Source of the DNA: Azolla caroliniana
Lineage: Eukaryota > Plantae > Polypodiophyta
DNA: 64,000 nt
Assembly: GCA_043228905.1 (NCBI GenBank)
Contig: JBHGNT010000006.1
Span: 4,154,001 to 4,218,000, forward strand
Reading direction: 5' to 3'
Both the position numbers and the translations under genes were made by a program. The notes below the pieces were generated by a model that had not been told where the DNA came from, did not search any database, and saw nothing but the letters and a program-made list of their open reading frames with translations. How positions within the stretch are numbered: position 1 is the stretch's first letter; each line of letters starts with the position of its first letter. This document shows, piece by piece, positions 32,931-46,949 of this stretch.

Positions 32931-35709
32931 TCAATAACCAATCCAGGTTGATGGGATGAAGTCAAATTTGTGTTTTGCTCTACTCAATATGCTATAATAG
33001 TCTAACTGACCAAGACAATCACGGAAATCAGTAAAGAGTCTCTCGAAGAGCTTCCATTGCACCACATGGGATTTGGAATACGGGTATGGAAGAAATACCT
33101 ACATTTGAAACTGATGTTCAAAATATAAAATAAATAAAAAGTTACGGATACTTTGGAAAATGGCAAACTTCAGCAAAGTGGAAAAAGGAAGAATGGCAAC
33201 TCTAAACCAAAAAGAAGAATAAGAATCAAGAAGAAAAAAGTTGAGAAAACCAGTGAATTGTCAAAACAAAAAACAAACGGAATATTACCTCCCATTCTTC
33301 AACAATCCGCATTAGCAAATGGAAAGTTTTTTCGCTGTCATCTAGATTATCTATTACTGCCAACCAGATCTGTGAAGCTAGCTCATGAGCAATGCTACCT
33401 TGCTTACCACATGCCAGAAATTGATCTGAAAGAAGCACAAAGAGTTATATATTCATATATTGAATCTACCAATGAAATAGAAACATGAAACTCAACTCTA
33501 TTATATTACCTATGATTCTGTTTTAAAAAAACATAGATTTTTGTACATGCCATCGCAATTCAATCTGTGTGCATATCCAAAATAATGAACCATAATTTAA
33601 TTATGTGTACGCACATCCATACTCCATACAATCCTTCTATTTTCACATTGCAATCCATTAACCTATTGTTCAGTTGACAGGTGCAATTGACTGGAAAACT
33701 ACATAATCAGTTAGAAAAGGTATATTCAGCTACACAAGCTCAATTCAGAAACCAAGTTGACTATGGATTCTATATCGTACATCAATGACTGAGTGACAAC
33801 AGGGGACAAGGTACAAGGCTCAAATACAAGCAGTTATAAACTACAAAATCTCACTCAGTCATAAACTACAAGCATATTGTGCATTCTACCTCATGGATAA
33901 TCAGCTAAGTCACCTATCTCATTTGTTTATATATCGACGCTACCTAGTCCTGACTAGCATATCAAACTGTCACTCATTAATTTAGCCAACGGCAAACGAT
34001 TTCTGAACTTGAATCCAAGACACTCAAGCCCTAGGATCAGTGTCTAATGATAATATTGTGCATTCTAAAAAGTCAGTTTAGATTAAGTTTACATATAAAG
34101 TCACTTTAAAAGTTATAATCAAGTGGACAAAAGAATATAAAAAGAACTTTTCGGAGCCCTTATTGCTTGCTAGCAAATTCAGTTTCACTATCTGATTAGA
34201 TTGACATATACTGTTATAATTACAAAGACAAACGTGACAAATATTGCACAATAAATAGAGAATGCATCAATGGATAATGCTTTGTTGCTAAGTGCAAAGT
34301 GATTTAAAGGCAGCAAAATAGAGATCCCAAAGCAATCAATTTTCTAATAGAAATGTTCCTTAAACAATTGACCAACAACCTTGATTTGTTTTCTCCCTCA
34401 AAAGCTGAAATGCTCCCATTCAAAAACCAGAAGTTCCAAGAAAAGAATCCTCTTTTTTTAAATATTTTAAACAATACCTATGATGGTGCCATGCAGCAAT
34501 CCATATGAAAGAGGCGATGAAACTTCTAGTTGTTCCTTCAAATAAAGATAGGCATGCCCAACTAACTCATGAATATCTTGGTCCTTAAAGCAGAAAAGGC
34601 TCTTGCTTATATGTAACGCAATATAACGCCTGTTATAGCAAAGAAGAAAACATCTTAATGTAAGTCAAAATTCATGGGATATTCTTAAAACTAAATATTT
34701 AACTGCTCATCAATTACTTGTCATTTGCCATTTTAGATTCAGCTGAGGGTCCTTAAAATTATATGAGTTGTCAACCAGACAATGTCTTCAAATGCTATGT
34801 TAGTTTCAACTATGAAATTTCTTGTACGATTTGTGGATAAAACAACACATATTCAGCCAATGTCTTCAAATCACTATTTAACATTAAAATGTGCATCAAG
34901 ATAAGACTACAGTTGAAGATTAACAGTCCAGTATACAGTGTAGTAGCATAAGTTTATGAATGACGGAAATAATTTAGAACAAACATGAAAATCATTTTGA
35001 GGCTAGATAATCCAGTTATACACTATAGAAACAATGATGTTTATGAATGATAACCCATTATGTGCAGCATAATCAGACTAACCTTGAGGCTAGACAATGG
35101 AGTTTACGAACAATGGAATCACATTAACATGTGAATAATCAAAGGAATGTTGAAGGTAGAAAATCCATTATAGCATGTGGCAACAATGAAGTTTATGAAT
35201 GATGGAAACAATTTAGTATGCATCAAAGCGTTGTAAATCCTCATACTAATATTGATGCTAAATATATTCACAGAGCAACTAAGTTTATGAGCAATGGAAG
35301 TCATGACAAGACTGAAAATGCAGTGGAGTTTTAAAGCACACCTTTTATTTGACGTGCACCCGATAGGACCAGGCCACTTCCGAATCCTCGCTACACAAGG
35401 CCAATGATATTCTAGTGCCGACTGCCAAAGCATCTCACTCCTGAAGAGGGAAGCCCACTTCTTCCTCACACAAGCAACCGAAACCCAACAAGAAACCGGC
35501 AACCTTACAAGAACCTCTATTATAACATGGTCGGGAAGATGATCAAAAGGATCCCCTATTAAATATTCCTTTCCTTCAGTTATGACAGGAACACGAATAG
35601 TACAAGGTTCATCAAGCACTTGGGTTTTCTCTTTGTTGCTACCAATGAAAAAATCCATATTTTCTGTCCCTGTATTGTTACATTCTCCATCCACCCAAGC
35701 CCTTTCCAT
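32931..35709 (-). CDS. F-box family protein, 4 coding exons
   Basis: Exons (minus): 35709-35341, 34629-34478, 33425-33289, 33098-32931. F-box motif LPDHVIIEVLVRLP...VACVRKKW. Spliced frame continues RYIALH...HELASQIWLAVIDNL...LFTDFRDC...IPSTWIGY*. Probable 5'UTR intron with donor near 36657. Confidence 0.9.
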
Positions 35710-38700
35710 ATACTCTTTCTTCCTATATTAACAAGTGAAAACTAGGCTTTGGCAAACAGTTTTCAGCTCCAAACACTGCAACATGTGATGATTCCCAAGA
35801 CCGTATTAGTTAATTATGCGATATGAAAAACAAGCTCAACAGTCAATTATTGGTTAACGATGATTTCCAAGAATAAACATTGTATTAGGAAGGGAAAAAT
35901 CAACTTTGATTCTTGGCTCTGGTGAGTCAATCATGCAATGATTTTCAAAACTGCATATTTTATTGACCCTTAATGCTGCTATCCGTTCCACCTAGAAACA
36001 ATCCAGAATAACAATATTTCTGAGCAAATGATTTCTCCAACTTGAACTTAGCATAAGCTATTAATGATTATCTACATCTACAGACAACCCAAATGGAAGG
36101 TGATTCTAACTTGATTCATAGGCTTTTTTTAACATATGATTCATAGGCTTTTCTTCAGCACATGATTTCTCCGAATTTAAATCGTAATTAGAATATGGAT
36201 TGATGCTTAAATTCTATCTATAATCAGCATAAGCTATTAAATGCCTAAATTATAGCTATAAACATTCAAAGAAATAATCTTAAGTTGAACCTTTAGACAT
36301 TCTTCAGGTCATACTGGCATAAGAATCCATTAATGCTCAAATTCTCAATTACAAGTACCCAAATAGAGATAAACTTAAAAACCTTCCTCCATTAGACTTT
36401 CCACCACATATAACTCTTTAAAATAACAACTTGAAAAGCTTTGGAAACATAAGGTTCTTCAAACAAATATAATTCTTAGCTTGAAAACCTCCTTCTATTA
36501 ATGTTTCCATAAATATATAACTGCAGAAGAAGGGAAATATAAAATCATCAAAGAAAACAGAAAGAAGAAAGAGAAAGCAATAAAAGATGAGCCAAATCCA
36601 ATTAACTCATATTAAGAGTACCAAAAAGAAGATTCAATTGAAAAGTAAGAGCTTACTTGCAAGCCGAATTGTTTTGGAAAATTAATTCACCTTCTGTTGT
36701 AATCTCAAAGCAAGAAGGCAGAGGAAAATGCCTTTTATCCTTATTGCAAAATAATCCGGCTTCACATAACTGAGTATACGTTTTGATACAACAAGGAAAC
36801 GGAGAGAAGCAACCCTAAAAATCTCTCAAAGGAAGGGAGTTGTAAGAGGAAACCCTAAAATGTACAGATGAGAGAGAGAGACAGAGTTCCACGTGGCACG
36901 TTTACCCCCCTCTCCTCCAGGCTCCACCCACCCCCCTCCCCCACTTAGGCTTTAGCCCACCCATTTTCTCACACTTCATGCCTTCTCTGCTTGGATGGTT
37001 GGGTGACCTGACCTACATACATCCTTCAAGTCCCCACATGTGTTCAGTATCTTGACCTTGGTCTTGGTCATTAGACCATTTTGAAGACTCTTGAGTCTTG
37101 ACATTGACTCTACAAGCATGACTTCTTGAGATGTTCCTCCTCACATTCATGACACAGCGCCTCTTCGAGACCTCCCAGATGCTTCTACCCCACCGCTTTT
37201 ATATACACATTATATGTCCAAGACCCTGGGGAAGTCCTAACTGCTCTGCGTATGAGATGTCGATTGCTTATCCACGTCGTTCTATGAATGGGCCATAACA
37301 ATGAAACTCTGGAACTTTTCAATGTGGTACAAGAATATCTTCAATCAAGGGTGGCGAGTCTTCCAAATGTTTACCATGATCGTAGGGATGGCCGTGCCTA
37401 ATTTGGAGATGTATTTGGGAAACGTTCTCGAATAGCAGTGGCATAAACTCACATCTCCTTGTGAAGTGATGATTTAGGGCATAATACAAGTGATCCATCA
37501 ATAACCCATGCATGGGCATTCATTTTGGCAAAAAGAATTAGTCAAAAAGAAAACACTAGTCCAGACTTCGTGTTTGCTTGCCATCAGGGGAAAAAGCTAA
37601 CCTTCCGAGTCAAGAAGTTCATCGAATGAATATACTCTAATAAGACTTGAAACATTAACAATTCCTCAATATCTTTAGGTATATAAGTCCTTTTAAAGCA
37701 ATCCTTAGGTTCACAACTCATACATGTTGTTGAAGAATCAATACAACAAAAAATTTGAGGTGATAATTAGTGTTGAGCTACAGATTAAATTACCATTAAA
37801 CAGGAGCAATTGAGGCTCGATTGGAGGTGACAATGAGGCAAAATGAGTTCAACAAAATTCAACTTAGGCCTTTAACCTCATAGCGAAGCAAAAACCCACA
37901 AAGGAACTATACCACCAATTAAACTAAAAGCAAAAAAATAGGCACAAAAGTGCAAGTCTTTAATGTCATGAGAGGCATAGAAAAGATAATGATAGTAACA
38001 CAAAAAAGCCAATGAGGGTCGGATGTAGATTCACCAAATCGTCAACAAAATGCAGAAGGGTCCATGTCATCTATTATATTGACGTTTTAGGTGAGCGTGT
38101 GCCCCTCAAATATGCATCTAATTGTGTTGATTATTTTCAACCTCCATAATGCCCATAGATTGCAATTGGTCTCTTGTGGACGCTAAAAATGTATGTATGT
38201 ATCTATCTTGAATGTGTGGGAGTCTATGAAAGCTCTGACTTACCTTCCAAAAACCACATGCACACATTCCTATCCCATTATGGCTAAGCATGTTTGTTGA
38301 ACCATGTTTCTCATTCAATTAAAATAATGCATCACCCACTTTTAAAGGCTTTGTAACATTTGCATGCATCATGCTTACGCAATGAGGGGATATTTGTGTC
38401 CTTATCTCATGAAGCCCATCTATTAGTTTGATGCATGCAATGACAAACAAGCTACACATTTGATGTTCTATCCCACCATGATATTTAATGCATTCCTTGT
38501 TGCATTCTTTTAACTTGCTATAGTTTGTTTTCACAAAGCTTGATCTAAATACAGATATATAATGTTAAATTTATTGATTTATTAATTAAGATACAAATAT
38601 TTGAAGGTGAAGAAAACTCAAATTATGAACGCAATTAAACATCCGATTTTTCATAATAAAGAGGTACATTACATTTATCCATTTATACATAATATTGGAG

Positions 38701-39009
38701 TCCTTTACAAATGAAAATCCAATGGCCATCAAAATGGCACTTGTTCTAGGAAACAAAGATTAATAAGAGTTTATGGTTTTTGGGATTAGGGTTTATGGCA
38801 ATTAATAAAATGGCGCATGTTAGGGTTAGGTTTTATTGATTGATTGCTCTCTAGAGAAACGTCAATGTGGGTTCTTGTGCTTTGTCGCACAGGAGGAGAC
38901 AAATATTTTTGCTTTATCTTTGATATAGAGAGACAAAAAACTAGTCTTAGGTTTCTTAACATTCCTCTCTTGGTATATTGAGCAACCTTTTCACTGCAAA
39001 AACTAGGGT

Positions 39010-42000
39010 TTAAAAGAGCATCACAGCATCAAGCATAAGGTCATTGAAGATGGCTCTCTCCACTTCAAGCATGACGAGTTCGAATTCGATATCCAAATCA
39101 CACCATCTGTCTTTACCTGAAAGATCGTGTGCAACAAGATTCCCTAAGGTATCTTGACCATCTGATAATGAGCGATATATCTTCCAGACACCAGCCCAAA
39201 CCCGTTGAAGTAGAATTTTTCCCGATGGTACTGCAACTCTGGATGTACAAGGATCCTTCCACCATTTAGGTCCGTTAAATTCCAACCCTAATACTTCAAC
39301 TAAAGCTTCATTAACTCTATCGAAAAGAAGATGCCGAGTGTGATAAGACAATATCCGATCCTTGCTCACATCGTTGGTATAGTTATCTTCCATCTTTTCA
39401 AACAAGTTGAAAGCTAGCGGTTGCTTCGGTGAATGCCATCGAGTCAACATGGTAGCATTATCACCCATAAACCCAGATGCGAAAAGTAAATCCCTTACAT
39501 AAACTAGTTCTAGTTCTCTTCCTTTTGGACAATGCATACAATCTATGAGTAAATTGAGACTCTCAATCTCTTCATCTTGACCTGATAGTGCAACGAATTT
39601 ATCGTCATCGGCGAAATGTGAGTCATCATCTTGACTTACTTCCAGGCTTGATGATGTATCATTGTCGGTGAACTTGAGAAGCTGAAGACGTGACCTCAAA
39701 TCTGGAGAACATACAAAAACATGAATGACACAAATAAAAACATATTTTGAAGGCATACATATAACTTGTACACAATTTATGGACAAAGATCAAATGAAAC
39801 TTTAGTTATAAGAACTAAAAGCAACTTCATGATGCACAGCGTTCAATAGAAAATGCTCCAACTTTCTAATGGGTTTCAATTGTTCAAGTCATTACCTCGC
39901 AAGCCAGAGCTAATGTCTGAAAAGTCCACTGAACTTGGTGACTCCTCGTGGAAAGCAACATCCAAGACTGACACTGGACTGGGTTGTTCGGAGACATCCT
40001 TACGGAGCTTTAAAGTGTTTCCTATCATTCCATCACTAATGATGTTGATTGTTCTCCTTGGACTTACTGAAGGACTATGCATTGAAGCCTACAAAAGAGA
40101 AATTACCAGTTATTTTCAACCAAAAAGCAACTGAAACAATTATCCCTTTAATTATGAGGATTTTATGAGAAATACTCCTTGGTTTCCAAAAATTAACAGA
40201 ATACCCCTCTGCAGTAATAAAATGTTTGTACTAGGTTCGGGTATTCTGTTATACTTTGAAAACAATGATCAGGTAGCATAATTGATTTATTAAAGAAAAC
40301 AACAAAAATATACTCGTAACCTAATGGTATTTTACCAGAATAACCCTAAGTTTTCAAAAGTTACTAGAACACCCTCTGCAGTAGTGAAGTGTTGTACTAT
40401 ATAGGGGTATTCCAGTATTATTTTGAAAACCTAATGATATCCTTTAGTAAATAACCAACACGTTAGGGGTATTTTGGGATTTTGCCCTTTCTGTTTTATC
40501 CATTTCGAGGATATAAAATGCATAATATCACAAAGATGATTACTTCAGAGTCTTCTAATATTTCTTGTCTATCTTCAACATCTGTTATTGTGAGCTTTTC
40601 AGAGATTGAACATTCAGTAGCGGATGAATCCATTCCATGATCCTTCTGAGTACATGCTTCTCTTCTAAGCATATCTTCTTCCATAAGGGCAGCTTCAAGG
40701 GACAGAAAATTGTCAAGTGAAGATGTAGAATCACTATCAAGTATTGGTCCTGTATCATCTATCTGACACTGATTCTTTTCAATTTCCATCGGATTGTACC
40801 TATTTGATTCATGTACGACCACAATCTCATCAATGATTTCACCACCTTTGTGATTCTTACTTCGCGAAACGTTATTCCTTATTTCAACACCTTTCCCACC
40901 AAAAATGGATCGCCTCAAGGGTTCAGCTCGAGAAATAGTGGCATCCAATGACCTATTTGCAACCATCTTCTTTGTCATATGATCGTCATCAATCGAAATT
41001 TCTGAATAATCCTCTTCATCACTATAAAGAGAAAAGGATCCGGTTGGAACTGATCTCGATCTAAGCATCATTCTGTACATGTCATCATTGGTTTGTTCTT
41101 CACTCTCAGCCTCTGACTCGCTAAGAGAATAACTGCTCGAATCTAGATCAATGGTCGGTATTGACCTATGGCAATGCTTCACATAAGTTCCATCCACACT
41201 ATGCCTACTTGAACTACTTGATTCATACGGTTGCCATCCAAAGCTCCCTAAATAGCTATTTTCTATTGCAGGTTTTTTTAGTCCCGTCACCCTTATGCTC
41301 GAACTTTCACTGTCCACAACTTTGAGATAATCCAGAGCTCTTGACTCTATATCTTCCTTGCTTCTCATATCAATGGTTGAATTATGCCTTGAGACTCTTT
41401 TGTTTCTATGATCTCTCCTTGAAGAAACATAATCTTGTTCAACACTCCTATCTAGTGTGGATCTAGATATATTATAGGTTAGCAAGCTTCCATCGTTAGC
41501 CATCATATCTCTAGTGACACTCTCTCTTACTTGCCTTGCAATTTCTCGAGCAATCTCTTTTGGATCTTTCAGCATCTTGTGAGGTTGAGAATTCTTTGAA
41601 CTATCTCTACCTACACCTTTATCTCTAAAGTTCTCTTGTTGAAGTCTTTCCCTTAGGTCTTGGAGAACATCCATACTATTCTCTCTAATGATTTCCATTG
41701 CCTCCAAAAATTCATTAGGAGACCTTGGGCTGTTTTGTGAAGTGTTCATGTCTCGAACCCTTCCGATGCTTGGCTTGAGAACTACTATTCTAGTAGGACC
41801 TTGTTGATGATGGTCTGCATTGCTATCTCCATTGTTCTTCTGTAAGTTCCTTGCAAACAAGGAATCTGGCTGTTCGTTAGATTTTCTAAAGAAATCTTTA
41901 TTAGTTTGCCTAGCATCTGAATACTCTTTTACTTCATAAAATTCTTCTTCTAGATCTTTCCGTCTTTGTGATATTCCTAACTTAGCTTCAGTTAGCTTCT

Positions 42001-43983
42001 TCTTAATAAGCATTTGCTTTGCATTCAATTGTGATTCTAAATTATCCAAAGCATTTGTTTTTGCACAATTTTCTGATTGCCATAGCTTCCATGTCTCAAG
42101 TTCCTCGACAGAACCATTTCCATTTGAATGGCTGACATAAGGATATGATTTGAGACTCGATATATACCCTTCTCCTATAGACCTTTTGGAAGACGAGAGA
42201 TCAGACATACTACGCGATAGCAGCGATGCTGCCCTTTTCACATTCTCTTGTGAATGATGTGTATCTATTTTATTGTGTGTGATCTGTTCAGATGATACTT
42301 TCTGAAGAAACATTTCCGAACCACCACTGTTTTGCATCTTTGGCTTATTCTTGGAGTCATTGGGCAGTCCTTCCAATCCCATCAATCTTGCAACCACGCT
42401 AGGAGATCTCTTCTTGGAGTCAGATTCCTTAGAGATCTCTTCAGCTATCAGAGATTTGATTGGAACTTCATTTATCCTTTTGGATATTGATTGATTCTTT
42501 CCATTCTGCAATCCAAAAAGCATATATTAGGCCTTATGGCGACATCCAAAAATTAAAAGAGAATATGTACACACAGATTAGGAGCTATACACACGGAACT
42601 GGCCAAAAGTTACGAGCACGATTTGGTGTTTTCCGTACAAATATATGAGTAAACAAACTTGCCTGAATCTCCCCTTTCCTGCTGCTGCTACTGCTCAACT
42701 TCTCCTTTTCCGTTGTCCCATCATTTGATGAATTCTTAAAAGAGTCCAAACCTGCAAGCACATACATTACTATTTGAGTCACATAATATCTTAAGATACT
42801 CAATAACCCCACTTCTTCTCTATTCAACCATCATGCACAAAAATCATTTTGAATATATGAAAATATTTAACACATGTTCTGATGAAGAATGTAAATCCTT
42901 CTACTCTTTGTCTAGTGCAAATGGGTAAGCAAGAATTCGCCAAAGCTATATCAGTGGTTTTGTCAGTTATGTGAGAATGTAAATCCCTCTACTCTTTGTC
43001 TGGTGCAAATGGGTAAGCAAGAATTCACCAAAGCTATATCAGTGGTTTTGTCAGTTATGTGAGAATGCTCACATATGCTTGTATTTTAGCTAGAGTTGTT
43101 AGATTAGTAAAGAGACCAACATTTGGACCAAGGTAGAGCTTGACCAATTGGAATATGAAAATGTTCGCATATCCCTGTAGTCTGGACTCTGGATAGGATT
43201 GTTGGACTAGGAAAGGGTCGAAGGTTTGGAGTAATGGAATTACTTTGCAAATAAACTTCCGGTGGAGAAACAAAAATGAATTAATGGTACACAAAATCAA
43301 AGAAATACTCAAAGAAACTAACGATACACAGATACAAACAAAAACCCAAACTTAACCATGATACATAACTACAAAGAAACCCCAAAATAAGCCTTTGCAT
43401 ACAAATAAATACAAAATAACCCAAAATGAACAAATAATACAAAAATTCAAAGAAAACAACAAACCAATGATACACAAATACAAAGAAACCGCTCAAACAA
43501 AGAAAATCGAAAGATGGGACATGATTCATAGACATAACGAAAAGCCTACACCAATCATCACACACAAATACAAAGAGAAACCCAAACAATGATAAACAAA
43601 TAGAGAGAAAAAACCGAAACAATTGAATGATACACAAAATCAAAGAAACCCCTCACAAAACAAATGAATTATAATCATAAAATACAAATAAAAAACCAAA
43701 ACTGGACCATGATGAAATGAAAAACAAAATACGAGAGAAATGAAAAACAAAATAAGAGCAAGAATAGACAAAATGGACTAGATTAAAACAAAAGTTATGA
43801 TTAAATAAAAGTTCAAAAACAATAGAGTACAAAATCGTAACCTGGTCCATATTTCTTATCAGTGAGAAGCTTCCTCCCAGCTAGAGCTTGGTTGAAATCA
43901 AAGAGATGGGCAATACTCCCCATGCACCCCGTCTTATTCCTCCTCCCAGATGATATGTTCGATGATGGGCTACTGTTTGCCAT
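39010..43983 (-). CDS. TRM: TON1-recruiting-motif / LONGIFOLIA-like protein (VARLMGL and DUF4378 motifs), 5 coding exons
   Basis: Exons (minus): 43983-43842 (GCMGSIAHLFDF..RKLLTDKK), 42751-42663, 42505-40544 (PSVVARLMGL, PTRIVVLKP), 40088-39896 (EQPSPVSVLD), 39701-39010 (YVRDLL.ASG, LLFDRVNEAL, EVERAIFNDL). Intron 2 has a GC donor. Confidence 0.93.
42886..43067. repeat. 88-bp tandem duplication in TRM intron 1
   Basis: AGAATGTAAATCC.TCTACTCTTTGTC...TTTTGTCAGTTATGTG occurs twice with about 3 mismatches. Confidence 0.9.
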
Positions 43984-44263
43984 CTCTTCAGAAGCAACAA
44001 TGGCGATGGTGATGGTGATGTTGACGATGATGGGCTCCTTCTTTGCTTTTCAAAAATCAAAATTTCAAAAATCCTCAAGACATGGATGGAGTATCTAACC
44101 TTTAACCCGTTTTCTTATCTAAGATTTAGCTGATTCTTCTTCCTCTTCAACGTGGATTTGAGCTATTTCTTCTTCTTCCTTCTTACTCAATTCGACCTAA
44201 TTTGTCCTCCGTTCTATTTTCTATTCTGATTTACCTCATTCTTCTTCTTCCCTACTCAAATGC

Positions 44264-44264
<1 letters not shown>

Positions 44265-44302
<38 letters not shown>

Positions 44303-44896
44303 TGGTTGTAGAAGATGAACCAAACGGAATAGTCTGCATTTAGATGCGAGAATAGTGGTTTCGGGAAAGAAGAAAGAAGAAATAAAAAGAAGTGGGATGA
44401 CGCAGAGAGAGAGAGAGAGAGAGAGAGAAAGCAAGAAATCAGGGTAAAAAAGCTGCAAGAAAAGAAACACAGAAAGAGAGGAGCCTTGAGAGAAGAGCTA
44501 GATATGTATATACATATACATATATATATGTATGTATGTATTATGACCCTTATAAAAAAAACAACAACGAATTAAAAGTGTTTCTCTCTGCCAATGTAGC
44601 AGAAACAGAGAGAGAGAGAGAGAAACAGAGAGAGAGGGTATATAGAGAGATCCTGTAGATAAAAGAGACGCAAACCATGGATAAAAGGAAGGACAGAAAG
44701 GGCTTGATTTTTTGGTCGAAGGCAGAACAAAAAGGGCGTGTGCATAGAGAGAGAGAGAGAAGCAGAGAGAGCCAGAGAGAGAGAGAGAGAGAGAGAGAAG
44801 CATTACCTTTTTCTGACGAGTATCTCTGTCCAAGAAGAAGGAAAGAGATCAAAGGAAGCAAAACAAAATGAATGAGAAAGAAACCTCTCTCTGCTC

Positions 44897-44954
<58 letters not shown>

Positions 44955-45105
44955 CTCTCTCTGTCTCACTCATATGTATGTATGTATGTATGTATACAGT
45001 ATATCCCATTATGTAACCCAACATACATGCTTTCTTCATGCCTTCATCTTTGTTTCTTTGTTTGTCTTCTCTCATAGACTCTCTCTCTCTCTCTCTCTCT
45101 CTCTC
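44265..45105. repeat. Cluster of (GA)n/(TC)n and (TA)/(TATG) microsatellites in the TRM 5' region
   Basis: At least seven GA/TC runs are directly visible. They account for the spurious ER/SL-repeat ORFs here. Confidence 0.95.
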
Positions 45106-46949
45106 CGGGGATCTCTGGTCTTCTCCCGTCTTAGTCTAGCCTTTCTAGCCTTTCGGTTCGTCAAGTCAAGCACCGTACTAAAAACCCACTTCTTGACCCT
45201 CGTACTATATGTAATGTACGCTAATCTCTGTGTTAAAATCATAGTTCCCTTTGTCATGGGTATAGTTCAATGCGCGACCAAGGGGTAAGCTCGGGAGGCG
45301 AAGGAGCAATACTTAACCTCATTCGTAATGGGGTTAAGCTATTGCCGCCATTATAGTCGCAATTGGGACTCGAAAGTCCCGAGCTCCGACTATTTGCCTT
45401 CGCCCCTAATTTCCATGTAAGAGCTCACATTGCATGAAAGGAAGGAAGCGCCATGCTAACTGTAGTGACAAATGCACACTAATATCTAGGGTGGCCATTG
45501 AGGCTCTCGAGTACCAATGCAGGTGGAGTCGAAAAAATGACGCTAGTTGGATTTGAACTTGTGCTAATTTAATTAAAACCATAGATTGGATTCATAAGGT
45601 ATGGCTTCAAAAGGGGTATGGTATTGCCAAAGTGTGTTGGGTAGACACACGATAAAAAATTCCAAGTAACTTGGATTTTAAGTCCGGTGTGATCATCACA
45701 TATGAAGCTTTTACTAGTTATCTAATTAAACTGTATGTCACTTGAGAACACAAGGATCTTCACAAAAAATGTTACTTTTGTGAACCGATCTCATTAGTCT
45801 TTGCATGCCTCTCGCTAGATCATCATCATTGATATATTAGACATGTGGCAACTTTGTGTATTTTTGCATGTAGACCCACTAGACGAAGTTGTCCAATTGA
45901 TCAAGAAGCCAAAGGAGCAATCATTGCAATGGGTGATATTTGGGATTCATAACAACTTCAATTGCTCATTTGTTTGAAGACAATGAATCAATGCTCAAGA
46001 AGAAGCATTCAATGCCTTTAAAATATTTATGAGATGTCTCAACTTTATCATAGGCATAGGCTATAGCTTCTTCATTCGTGATGTTTATTTCTAGCACATG
46101 GTTTAAGAATGTGATTGCCACTCTAGGAGGGTGTATTTAATATCTTCTTCCAAGTTCCATCGTGTACAATTCATGACATGGATTACTGTTATTGTGTTCC
46201 AATACCTTCAAAAACTTTACTCCAATTGTCAAATACAAACAACCTGATTAAATTGAAACGTGTTTAATGTCCCAATTTGTGCTTTGCATTTGTTGGTTTG
46301 AACAAACACTAACATACCTCTTGACTGTGATCAATGAAGTGGATGGTTGATGTGTTAACTCTTATATTATACGTGACCGCCGACCGGTACAGTAAGCATG
46401 TGTGTTAAATACAACCTTAACTTAACAAGCAAAGTTCATGAAAAAAATAAAACCATTCTTATATTGGTATTTCCTTGTTTAGGTGCAAATGGACGTAATC
46501 TTTATTGTATCATTTTGCCATGTAATTGTGTTCAAGCACTCTATTGTATATATTAATTTTGTCGCTTCATTTGTGTTTCTACATTGTTTGGTCTAGTTGT
46601 GTGAATCTTCTTTGTGTAATTTAACGTTACATGTTGGTGAAGATTGTTACCACGTGAATAAGCATGTCAAGAACCAAATCGTTAGGGCAAGGTTAGTGAA
46701 GTCTGCAAATCAAGAGTGGCGTGAATGTGTAGTTATGTGCCATTTTTTTATTGATGGACTAATCATAACATCAACCATTTAAGTCTTGTTAGAATTACTC
46801 CAAGAGAACGTGTTGTTGATGTAGATTCTATATAATATATGGACATGGTTTAGGAATTCCTCCTAAGTGAATAGATAGAATGCAAGAAATTCTAAGAAGG
46901 CTTTCAATAAAACAAAGGAAATATGATTAATAGGGAAAATGGTTATAGA

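Noticed and set aside
37570-37610. LAFSPDGK WD40-like peptide on the minus strand
   Set aside because: Isolated short match with no supporting frame or splice structure.
44252-45288. Numerous short ORFs (SLSL/ERER)
   Set aside because: Microsatellite artefacts.
45283-45415. Hammerhead ribozyme or group II intron domain V
   Set aside because: No CUGANGA core and no recognisable domain V consensus on either strand.
45532-45570. tRNA gene on the minus strand (GTTCAAATCC followed by T6)
   Set aside because: Only a B-box-like 3' fragment; no A box or cloverleaf.
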